Below are positions 52,298-64,000 of a stretch of DNA of 64,000 bases, one piece after another. Every line of letters starts with the position of its first letter. The first letter of the stretch is position 1. The position numbers and the translations under genes are program-made. Location: positions 50,096,001 to 50,160,000 of the forward strand of contig NC_043012.1 of assembly GCF_006345805.1 (NCBI RefSeq), in the 5' to 3' direction. The notes below the pieces were generated by a model that saw nothing but the letters and a program-made list of their open reading frames with translations, was not told the origin of the DNA and searched no databases. Source of the DNA: Octopus sinensis. Its lineage: Eukaryota.

Positions 52298-53578
52298 CGT
52301 TTGTATGCGTGTGTTTGTATGTTTTGTATGCATGTGTGCGTGTGTGTGTGTGTGTGCATGTGTGTGTATGTGTGTGTGTGTGTGTGTGTAAATATATATC
52401 GGGAATGGAATGTGCAATGTATAACGATTCCCTGTCATTGGCATATTTGGTTTGAAGGCATTTCAGTCTATTCACACTTCTCTCTCTGTTCAGTGACGAT
52501 ATTTCAAAAATCATTTGTCATCTTCATAGCACATCCGATCTTGTAAATGGAGCATCATCAGAGAGGATTACTCTTTTTGAACTATAGTGAGAAACATCTC
52601 CTAACCGTACTCATTTTCACTTATACTAGTGAATATAACAAAAACATTTCAAACGAACTGTCACATCGCAGTATAAAGAAAAATGCGTATTAGCATATAT
52701 TGCAAGTTTTAGATTCTAAGAGCAAATTAGAACGCATTATTTTCGAAATGAATAGGAATTAACAAAAATACATAATTCAATTAATATGTATGAATAAAGA
52801 CGAGAATATTTTTGAATGATAAAAAGTTAATGCATATATTCAACCTACACACATTAACTTCTATATTTAAAATTACATCAATTTCTATAGATAAACGTAT
52901 TTATTGAACCATTTGTTTCCGAATTATTGGCTTCCTTCCATTTATGAGATGTGGTGATCATCAGCAAAAATTCTACCTATTGATAACAGGTTAGTATTAT
53001 AATATTGTCTCCAGAATGATTGGCACTGATCCAGATTCAAGTAGGATTATCATACAACCATATTTTCATGACCAGAAGTCGTTTAATGTTGCAGCTGAAA
53101 CTGGAAAAATTCCAACATTGAATACCATCAAATTTATGATTCATTCCCTAATGTTTTATAGCAGTATTAACAAACTATCAATGTTTTAATTTTATAAACC
53201 ACTGAATGAGAACTTGATGAATTCTTGGACAGAGGGGAGAATTGTCTGCCTCTCATCAGAGGAATAATTTCAAATGTATATTTTATGTAAGGTTTCATCA
53301 TGTATACAAGAACATAGAAAATAATTGCAATAAAATATTGTATATATATCGAAATATCAAGAGATAAAAGAGCTACCTACGCACGTTTTATAGTTGGTTG
53401 TAAAAATTACCGCCTTACGTATACATGTGTGTGTGTGTGTGTGTGCATATATCTATATATACGAGCACACATACCAATACATATAGTGTGTGTATACGTA
53501 GACTATATTTTGAATATGACTGTATGTATAAATTACATATATGCATATATTATATACATATATATATGCGTGTATATT

Positions 53579-53612
<34 letters not shown>

Positions 53613-53630
53613 ATATATATATATACATAC

Positions 53631-53672
<42 letters not shown>

Positions 53673-54030
53673 CATATACATGTATATATATATGTATCTA
53701 TATATATGTATATATATGCACAATGCTTTATATATCGTTATAAATGAAATTAACATTCCAGTGACACCGTCTACATCATTCCTACGTAAACACAGTAAGA
53801 GACAACACACACACAAGCAATTACATATACACACGTATACGTATACGCCCACACGTGCGTGTGTCCATCAGTTATAATTATGTATTGATGTTTGTATGTT
53901 CTTCAAATATGTTGACATGAACTCAACTAGAGGAGTTTAATTATAACTACTTAAGGCACGTTAATGTCTCATTTACATATAAGTCAATAATCTGAGAGAC
54001 ATTCTGCCGTCCATTTCTCTTTACACGTGC

Positions 54031-54106
<76 letters not shown>

Positions 54107-54215
54107 ATCTATCTATCTATCTATGTATATCTATCTATCTATCCATCTATCTATCTATCTATCTATATATATTTATATATATATTTCTCTCTCTCTCTCT
54201 TTCTCTCTCTCTCTT

Positions 54216-54266
<51 letters not shown>

Positions 54267-54271
54267 TTCTA

Positions 54272-54302
<31 letters not shown>

Positions 54303-54410
54303 TTACAAACATACATATATAAACAAGGAGAGAGAGAGGGGGATAGATAGATAGAAATATATATATGCATATATACATATATACATATGTATATATATAC
54401 ATTCAAATAA

Positions 54411-54565
54411 GCGCAGGAGTTGCTGTTTGGTAAGAAGCTGGCTACGTGACCATAATTTTTCGGATCTAGTCCCGCTGCGTGCAACTTGGACACGCTTCTT
54501 CTACTATACCCTCGGGCTGGCCGAAAACTTGTGAGACGTTTTGGGAAAGGGAAACTGAATGTAGC
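54411..54565 (+). mobile_element. CORE-type SINE 5' half, diverged; an isolated tail lies at 54800-54836 (inverted twin at 26498-26545)
   Basis: gcgcaggagttgctgtttggtaagaagc...ttctactataccctcgggc. Confidence 0.65.
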
Positions 54566-54869
54566 ATATATATATATATATATATATTATATAATATATA
54601 TATATACATACAGAGAGAGAGATGAGGATAAGGAGAGAGATGTATATATACATTCACATAACCTATGTAAATACATGCATACATGCATGCATACAAATAC
54701 ATATATATACATACATATACATATGTATATATATATATATATATGTATAATACATATGTATATATATATGTATACATACTATACAATATATATACATAAG
54801 TATGGCCACAGCTCGTGAGCTGAAACTAGATAAAATAATATAAGTAAATAATAAAATAATATATATATA

Positions 54870-54904
<35 letters not shown>

Positions 54905-57718
54905 GTACTGTTCAGAAGTTTGTGAATATATGTTAATACGTTGCAATGGATCAAATGTTTTATGGTTGTATTTAATGCGTTCATTGTAAGTATTGAGGCA
55001 CAATCTATTTTTATGGAGTGTTAAACGTATTTGATTTTGCAGAAATATCTTAGTTAAGCGGTAATGTTTTGTTATATCTTTAGATTATTTTGTGCTAGTA
55101 TTCTCGAATTTGTTTAAAATTTTATCTCTGTGGATTTCGGAATATATCAACACAAGTATTTTCTAATTTTTAGAAATTTTAACAATGTTTAAATTGTTCA
55201 GCTGTACTTGAAGAAAATTTGGATAATAAATAGACTCACAAAAATATCTTTATATTTCCTTTATATGTTAAAATTTGACGGTGTGTATCTTTCCGATTAA
55301 ACAAAAACGCATACACGAAAGAATTCCTTGAATGATTTGGAGGCAGAATTACTGAATTTGGATAAACGTCAGGAAAATGCAGACGGAAACTCTGTTATAT
55401 TAGACTCGCATTGTAATAGTTATACATAGATTAAGCAATAAAATTATCAAATCTAAATGATAGTGCTTTGACGGTTTAATTTAGGTTACTTTTAAATATT
55501 TTTGCAATAACCTTGTGCAAACAAGGTCTAATTGCAACGATTTCTATCATAATTATTTTAAGATGGAATGTGTTCAAATACATTTGAAGCCGACTTTTGC
55601 ATTTCATAACTTTTAGGCCGATGAAACAAGTACCATTCATGTACGAAAGTGGGGTGGAGGATGTAATCGACTAACCTCATTTCTCCCAAATTTCAGGCCT
55701 TGTACAGATAGTAAAAAGGGTTATTTCTGATGGATTAAGTCTGCGTTCTGTTAGAATCGTTAGCACACCGAGTTAAATGCTTAGCAACACGTACGAACAT
55801 TTAGGACTAATATATTTCGAATCCCATTTAAACAGACTTAATGCAATGAAACTTCTGATCATATTAACTCATTTTCATGCATTTCTTGTTATTATTATTT
55901 AAGAAAAATGAGTGTATTTTGCAGATGAAATTCGAAAGTGTATATCTTTGTTTGTAAAGCAAGCGCTATATTTTGAATGCTTTTATGAGTTCTATGCTTT
56001 CCTGGTGATAAGTATTTACGTTTTTCAAATAATGATCCCTAGATAGAGATGTTGAATGTTTATTTTACGACTTAACTTGAAGGTAAATGGTGACAGATGT
56101 GGCATTTATGCAGGATGTTAAACACGAAAAGAAATCAAAATCGAGTTGGAACAAATATCGAAATTCAGCAACAACCAGAATGCAGAGAAACCTGTTATAA
56201 TAGTACGTTCTCCACTTGACTCCAAGACCACAGCTTTCAGTGAAGCAGATTTTGAGTCCTGCTACTTTAGAGAAATAGAGAAAGTCAAAACTGCGTTCAT
56301 TAACATGCACATCGCCTCTACTGTCTTTTTCAGCTAAAAAATAACTTACACGAAAAAGTAACGATCACATGCTATGAACAATTATCATCAAATGACTGGT
56401 GTGATGTTCGATTATACCTTAGTGAATCGGAAGGCTTTTTGTTGTATATCCCGAGGCAATTGTCAATGAATGAATACGTTTACATTCATCTTTATTTTCT
56501 ACTCCATTATACCATTTTAATTGCTGCGGTATTATTCCTCATTCTGAAAGTGTAGATTGTTTTAATTCCGTGTTTCTTCCATCTGAGGTTTATAGATCTC
56601 TTTTGGCAGGGTTAATGTGTCTGAAATGTGTTGAGGGAATTGTCGAAATCGGTTTTGCAGGCTTTCATTGTGATTAAAGTTGATTTTGTTTTTTTAGCAT
56701 TTTAATTTGTCTTCGAAGCTGCATTTTATGGGCATGTCATGTGCTACCGCATTGATTTATTTGTATCTATAGCTGTTAGAATTTTTCTGAGGGAATTTAA
56801 AACGATATTGCGAAAAAAATTTTAAATCATTTTTGTACATTTAGGAAACTTTTATAAGTTCTTTATTTTGTAGATAGATTTGAAGAAATAGACAATATGT
56901 CCAGTGATATCCAGAATTATAGTGCATGAATATTATCATCTAATAATGAGCGACAAGGAACCGCGTTTCTCCTAATTAAAGTTATTATCAATGAAAAGTA
57001 AATGCATGGAAGAGAAGTAAAACATTTGATTATACCAATATAATCAAAAATTAACATCTAATGTATATATAGAGGATTCACTGGACATCCATGCATATAC
57101 TTTATGCACTAACAATAACAGCCGTTTCTTTGATCTCCAACGAGAAATTAATAATTTTCTGAATAATAAGCAATGAATAAGCAGAAATAATACGTAACCA
57201 ATCGTATGTAAAAGGCACTGAGTGCAAATGAAACAAATTACTACAGTTTCTATTTTACAGCATATTTTTCGACATCATCCAACATCAAATCCAACACGAT
57301 ATAAGGAACAACGAAGAGAAAATAAAATAAGAAGAAAACATTTCAACATGAGTAAACATGTTCTCATCCTACAAATGACGATTAAAGTACGCGTTTATGA
57401 ATCAGGAATAGGCATTACGGATCACATGAGTACACAGGAGTTATTTAAAATGGTTTCCGTGATCACTTTCAGTAATAAATTATAATTCCATTTGCACTTA
57501 CACTTAAGCGCAATGGATGTACAAACACAAACACGGATGCACTCGTGTAAATATACGCAAATGAGTGACTATATATGATTGCATGTCTGTTTTATGTATG
57601 TATATATGTGTGTGTATGTGTTTGTGTGCGTGTGTAGGTATGTGTATATATGTATGTGTGTATATGTTTATATATATATATATATGTATATCTATCTATC
57701 TATCTATTTATCTATCTA

Positions 57719-57795
<77 letters not shown>

Positions 57796-58375
57796 AAAAT
57801 CGCATGATAGATAAATAGGGGGAAGAAATACAGCTTTATCTCGAAGTGTTTTATAATGTCATTCCAAATGCCCTATATGGATTGTGTGTCTACAAAATGT
57901 GAATATGTCAATGACCCCTATTATTATACAGCAGTGACTTTCAAAGTGACAAATGTAACCACCCCCACAAAAAAAACAACAACAAACAAGCAAAAATACA
58001 AACTAGTGCATGTTTGCGACATCTAAAATCACATTTATATTTATGTAGAGGCGCAATTAATTTTGCAACTATTAAATTATTATATTTCTATTAGTTTTCG
58101 GCAAGGATATAAATTTGAATTAAACTAAATTTTATTATAAATTAAAATTTGTATTCTGTTCAGTCTTTATCCCTCTAAACAGTTATCAAATGCAACTGCT
58201 ACGATTTGGATTTCAAATACAGAAAAAAAGAAGATTCTGCTTATTTCTCGTAACAGGTATTTGGCAAACATCATTGTCCCAAGCGTTCAGAGATATGAAT
58301 GGAATGTTATTCGTTATAAATCCCACATCTATACTTCAGGGAGAAAGTTAGTTTAATAATTACTTTCGTACTCTT

Positions 58376-58805
58376 AAGGTGTTGAGTTTGCAGAATCGTT
58401 AGCACACAGGACAAGATGCTTAGCGGTATTTCGTTTAAGTTTTTGTTGAGTCCGAATTCCACTAAGGTCGATTTTACCTTTCATTCTTTCGGGGTCGATA
58501 AAATAAGTAACAGTTGAACCCTACTTTGCATTTAATCAACTTAGCCTTTCCTCCAAACATGCTGGCACCGTGCTAAAATATGAAGCGAATAATTACTTTG
58601 GTACTCTGAAGGTGGCGGCCTGGCAGAAGAATATATAGTAGTACCCAGCTGCATTTCGTCTGTCTTTACGTTCCGAGTTCAAATTCCGCCGAGGTTCACT
58701 TTCCTTTTCATCGTTTCAGCGTCGGTAAAATAAGTACCAAGTAAATACTGAGCTCGATGTAATCGAATTACCTCCTGCCTGAAATTCTTGGTCTTCAAAC
58801 CAAAA
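58376..58805 (+). mobile_element. Two tandem OK-like SINEs; the first is flanked by a 20-bp TSD
   Basis: aataattacttt(c/g)gtactct at 58355-58374 and 58588-58607. Confidence 0.75.
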
Positions 58806-59272
58806 ATTCCTTCGAAAATAGCAATTCCTACTCCCTGAATATCATATGTAAAATCTTACCGTTTTCTCTCTTTTTATAGAAAAGTATTTGCCTTCAAAAC
58901 AAATTCCTTAATATTTATATCGAGCATAGTTTCGGGAGCTGTGTTCCTATATTCAAGTCTAACCAACTGAATTAATCGAGATTGGCTCAAGATATTTAAT
59001 AATACCGAAACACGTTGTTTTACATTTTGTCTTTCAAAGTCATAAGATTGGAATTAAATACTATCCTTGCTGTTTTTCTTTCTAAAAGAGCTCGAGAGGG
59101 AGATTTTTTTCTACTAAATGCTTCGATAATGTCAAGTAATTCCACATTTCTCACACGTTCGCATACGTGAAACTCAAACGGTTAGAAAAAGAAAAATACA
59201 AACTCATTTATATCTAAGACTATGTTATGATAAATAATTTACATCTATACCACAGAATTAGACACTATATAC

Positions 59273-59306
<34 letters not shown>

Positions 59307-59327
59307 GTATATATATATATGTATATG

Positions 59328-59361
<34 letters not shown>

Positions 59362-59429
59362 TGTATGTATGTATGCATTTATCTATCTGTCTCTCTCTAT
59401 ATATATGTGTGTGTGTGTGTATATATATG

Positions 59430-59474
<45 letters not shown>

Positions 59475-60199
59475 GTATGTATATATATATATATATACAC
59501 ATATATATATATACACATATATGTGCATATATACACACATATATACGTATATCTATCTATCGATCTATATATGGATACATATATACACGCTGGTGTGCGT
59601 TTGTATATACATATGTATTTATATATGCATGTGTGTGTATGAATTTGTTTCATGTATTTTGTTAAATTAATTTATTTCTTGGTATGATATTAAAATATAG
59701 CAAAATAGCTAAATAAGTAATCATAAATATTTATAACTGTTTCTTCATACGGCGTGAAATTGAATGACTTCAAGTGCAATAATTTATAATATTTCCTATG
59801 TTCGAACGAAAACAGAATTTACCAACTGTACTCATCTTGTTTAAATTTAAAGTTGAAAAGGAAATATATGTTGTCTGCAATTGCCATATCAATTAATCAA
59901 TCTACTTGCTCATCCACCCCTCTGACCATTCCACCCATGTCTGTCTCAATATATACGTTTTTATGTATGTATGTATGTATGTATGCATGCATGCATGTAT
60001 GTATTTATGCAAGTATGTATCTATCTCTATCTATCTCTAGACAAATACAAGAACACTTAAATATTCACAATGATAGATATAGATATAGGGAGAATGAAAT
60101 ACTTGTATAACTACGTACGCAAACAGCAGTTAGTAATTAAATGGCGAGAAATTTTTTTGTAAGCGCCTCATACATATATATACATATATATATATATAT

Positions 60200-60234
<35 letters not shown>

Positions 60235-60244
<10 letters not shown>

Positions 60245-60601
60245 AACGGCAGTTTGTCTGTGCGTGTTTCTGTGTGTCTGTTTGCTTGTACCCTCACCCT
60301 GACCACGGCTTTCAACCGATTCTGATGAAACTTGACACACACATAGCCCAATGTCATAATTCAAAACTAACGCAGCGAAAATTTTGAAAAGTTCCCCCAG
60401 TTCTGAAAAATATCGATAAAATCGACATGGGGTCGAGAATCAGAAACAAACCACAGACTGTCTAGGGGACGCAACTCAACCTTTTTTAACTCAAAAAAAA
60501 ATTTACTATCATTTTTTTGCTATTTTTTGGCTATAACTCTCTAAAAATGCTTTATAGTTATTTCCCTTACAAACCTGAGCAACGCCGGGCGATACTGCTA
60601 G
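60235..60601 (+). mobile_element. Non-autonomous Helitron
   Basis: tatataaacggcagtttgtctgtg... start; 3' cctgagcaacgccgggc hairpin remnant, then CTAG|T. Confidence 0.65.
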
Positions 60602-62120
60602 TATATATATATATAAATATATATATGTATATATATATTTATGTATGTATGTATACCTATATATGCATATATATATATATATACACACATAGTTACATAC
60701 ATATTTGTAGGTGCATACTTGTGTGTGTGTGTATGTATTCATGTATAAGAATATATATATATATATAGATTTGTATTTATATCTATATATATATACACAC
60801 ACACGTGTGTCCATGTATAATATAAGCAGTCAAATATCAATTGAATCATCTTGTCTTTCATTCCTATATTGTATTTTAGTCTATTGCACAAGATGCATCA
60901 ATGTATAACACCTATATCATGCTTTGTTTTAACGTGTCGACAATTTCTTTTTAATACCGAGTATTTTAGAAAAATACCATATCAAGATCCACACATGTTT
61001 AATGATATACTGTTCCTCATTTTGTCAACGACTGTTTTCTATATTAATTGACATTTTAACGTAAGGAATATTATTTTTCTGGAACGTTTTAACCGATTTA
61101 CTAGCGTTAGCGGTTTAAGATGCATTCGTGCATTTCTTTCAACCTCAGACTTGCGTTGAACTTTCTTATTTATATGGCCTCACATACTAAACTCTTTCAT
61201 TTGTTATAATCATTTCTTTATAATAAACAGTCAAAATATTTATTTCAATAACGAACGATTTTAGAAATATGAACTCTGAAGTTGTGTTGTTGATTTGACG
61301 TACTCATCATCACTACAATGGGTTCGAATGCACTCTTATTTTGAATAATACATTAGTTAGAAAGTTTGTATACGAATAAATAATTTCTATAAGACATAGA
61401 AATGGTTCATCCTTTTTTACTGTTTGTCTTTTTTGGTAGCTCTCATTTTTTCGACACAAGAACACATATATATTTTTATGAACATGTATAACGTATATAT
61501 ACATAAATACAAACACAAACACTGACACACACACACATACACACAAACACACACACAAGCACACAAATATGTATGTATTTTTGCACGAATGTATGTGTGT
61601 GAATATTTAAGTATATATATGTATACCCTCTCTTGATAAAGTTGTTAGTCAGTGTTGTTTAAATAAATTAGTAATTATGTCTTCAACCCAAAATCAGGAA
61701 CCGTCCAATTTTATTAACGCAAAATTACGGTAGTAGACACATCTTCAAAATGCAATCCATGACCCTTGAGACCCGAAGGCATTTAATTACAAAATCTTGA
61801 CAAACCTACTATGTCTCCAAGCTTTATTTTACCATCTCTAAAATTATTGACTGCAAAGTGGATGTTGGCAATGTGATTGAGTTCTGAACATAAATGATCG
61901 TAACAAGGCTGTGTCATTTCTCTGATGCATCGTTATAATTCGAATGTCTTCCGCTATACATTATTTAAGCAAAATTATTAGATGAAATATTACAAATAAG
62001 CAAATAAGCTAATAAACAGATAAATGATCTGATATTATCACAAAATAAAGGAAGCTACTACACCAGATTATATGAGGTGTTTTGAAACAGCTTACATGGT
62101 TCCACTATGATACAATCTGA

Positions 62121-62196
<76 letters not shown>

Positions 62197-62521
62197 CATT
62201 ATATTTCAAATAAACATTTGTATTCAATTCTGTTTCAATTGATTTGTTTTCTTCTCATCCTGTCTATATCCTGACGTAAATCTGATCCTTTGTTCTGGTA
62301 ACTAAAGAAAAGATAATAAATAATAGAAATTCCATTCTAATCAATAGCTTATCAATTAATAATCTGTTAATGTATGTACTGTGGAGTAATCATTAATTAC
62401 CAAACGTCAATCCTAGTCACAGCATGGAACTTCATCGTACTCAGAAATTCAATTAATGTATATTGTTTTCCGTTTTCGCACATATATCAATGTACAAACA
62501 TGCGCATATATATATAATATA

Positions 62522-62574
<53 letters not shown>

Positions 62575-62595
62575 GAGATCTATATATAGATATAG

Positions 62596-62628
<33 letters not shown>

Positions 62629-63629
62629 TCTATATATATATACATATATATACGTACATATATACATATATATATATATGTACGTATGTACGTATGTATA
62701 TATATGTACAAACAGACACACACATATATACATACGCACTATGTATGCATGTTTGTATGTACATGCATTCTTTTACACACACACACACATACATACATGC
62801 ATATATATATATATATATACATATTGTTGAATGAGTTCACATGCGTACATTTTACAAGCATACAGTGTCGTTTTGTATGCGGAAGCCATGTATGAACCAC
62901 AGGACTCAGGATGGACCTGACAAAAGCTCAAATATTTTCGACTGGTTATTGACATTCATTAAAAGTCTCTACCCGTGTTCGTGCTGCAGAGAGAGGAAGC
63001 TGTATATCAATAGTTAAAGAAAAAAAACATGCGTAATACCCACTTTCTGTTGCATATTCGTACCAATACTTTTACCTGCAGCGTGTGTGTTAATAAATTG
63101 AGAATAATTTTAGCTCATTTATAATTTATACTTAATCTATTCGGTAATTGAGCTTTATCGTTTTATAAAGCGTTTACATATAATGAAATGGTGTGCAAAT
63201 AAATTACCATAGCTTGTTTCTCATTGAAGATTCGTTGTTACAATACTGCATTTCTAGTGCAAAACTGTATATGGACACTCCAGTTATGAGGATAATGCAC
63301 TAGTCATAATAAGTCGAAAGTGAGAGACAGAGAGAGGGAGAAAGAGAGAGAGAGAGAGAAACAGAGTGGGAGAGAGGGCGAGAGAAACTGGGAGAGTGCA
63401 GAAGAAAGAATTGTGGCTTTACTGCAGTGACTAATTACATAACATATATGAATATATATCCCCATGGAACTATTAACAAACTACTGACACACACGCTGTC
63501 TCTGTACTTTAGTTTGCTATTAACATGCATGCACACACACGCACACGCAGACACACAGAAACATACACACACACACACGCACACGAGTATCCACACGTAT
63601 ATGTCTGTCATTTAGATAAAAGAGAAACT

Positions 63630-64000
63630 CTTCGAATTTCCAAGATAATTTCTTGTCGGTCTGTTTCTGAAACTGGCCACAGTGTTTCTAACTTCATCCT
63701 AGTGCTTGTCCACCAGGAACACCGGGTAACACGAGACACCGAATGCTTTCACTATTCTGTTTGTACAGCGACCTACAATATTGTTCGTGTGCATTGTCTT
63801 TCTCTCCAGTTGCCGAACCATAGGCCTTATCGATTTCTCTGTATTAATCTAGTACCTGCCATCGCTTCGTGTTCCCTTAAATTGGAATCGACGACCTGAA
63901 AATCCTCAGACGCTGACATCATGATCGTGGTGTTATACACATACATTGAAACAGCTCTCCCACATTCTAGTTCAAAGTGGGATCGTCTCAAGAGTTTTTG
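63630..64000 (-). mobile_element. Possible RTE-like LINE C-terminal remnant
   Basis: My translation gives ...MMSASEDFQVV...GLWFGNW..., loosely resembling GSETW and LRWFGHV motifs; many stops. Confidence 0.35.

Noticed and set aside
53235-53265. Reverse-strand CUGAUGA-GAGG...CCUC
   Set aside because: It is not followed by GAAA, so it is not a hammerhead.
56060-56340. ORFs 56146-56337 (+) and 56065-56310 (-) in unique sequence
   Set aside because: No recognisable domain or splice support; the length is expected by chance.
60320-60335. ctgatgaaac as a hammerhead core
   Set aside because: No stem II between CUGAUGA and GAAA; it is part of the Helitron internal sequence.
62860-62990. Strong minus-strand acceptor cttcctctctctgcag
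   Set aside because: All frames close soon after it and there is no convincing donor.

Overview
Eukaryotic, very AT-rich, microsatellite-saturated non-genic or intronic DNA. The SINE families and repeat landscape point to an octopus (coleoid cephalopod) genome; this is inferred from my recognition of the repeats. Almost all ORF-track entries are translations of (TA)n/(CA)n/(AAT)n repeats and are not genes. Supported content: (i) many tRNA-derived SINEs of about three families, several nested with readable target-site duplications (TSDs); (ii) DNA-transposon fossils, including a full-length mariner with TIRs, a second mariner, piggyBac, pogo/Tigger, a mariner MITE and two non-autonomous Helitrons; (iii) LINE remnants, including an ORF1-only 1.65-kb element with TSDs; (iv) weak candidate exons on the minus strand. 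The most striking observation is a set of about ten minimal type-I hammerhead-ribozyme motifs from several Penelope-like repeat families. They show stem covariation and recurrent non-canonical cores, and three unrelated elements are inverted repeats with the hammerheads facing outward from a spacer. No host protein-coding gene can be called with confidence, and there are no rRNA genes, genuine tRNA genes or CRISPR arrays.
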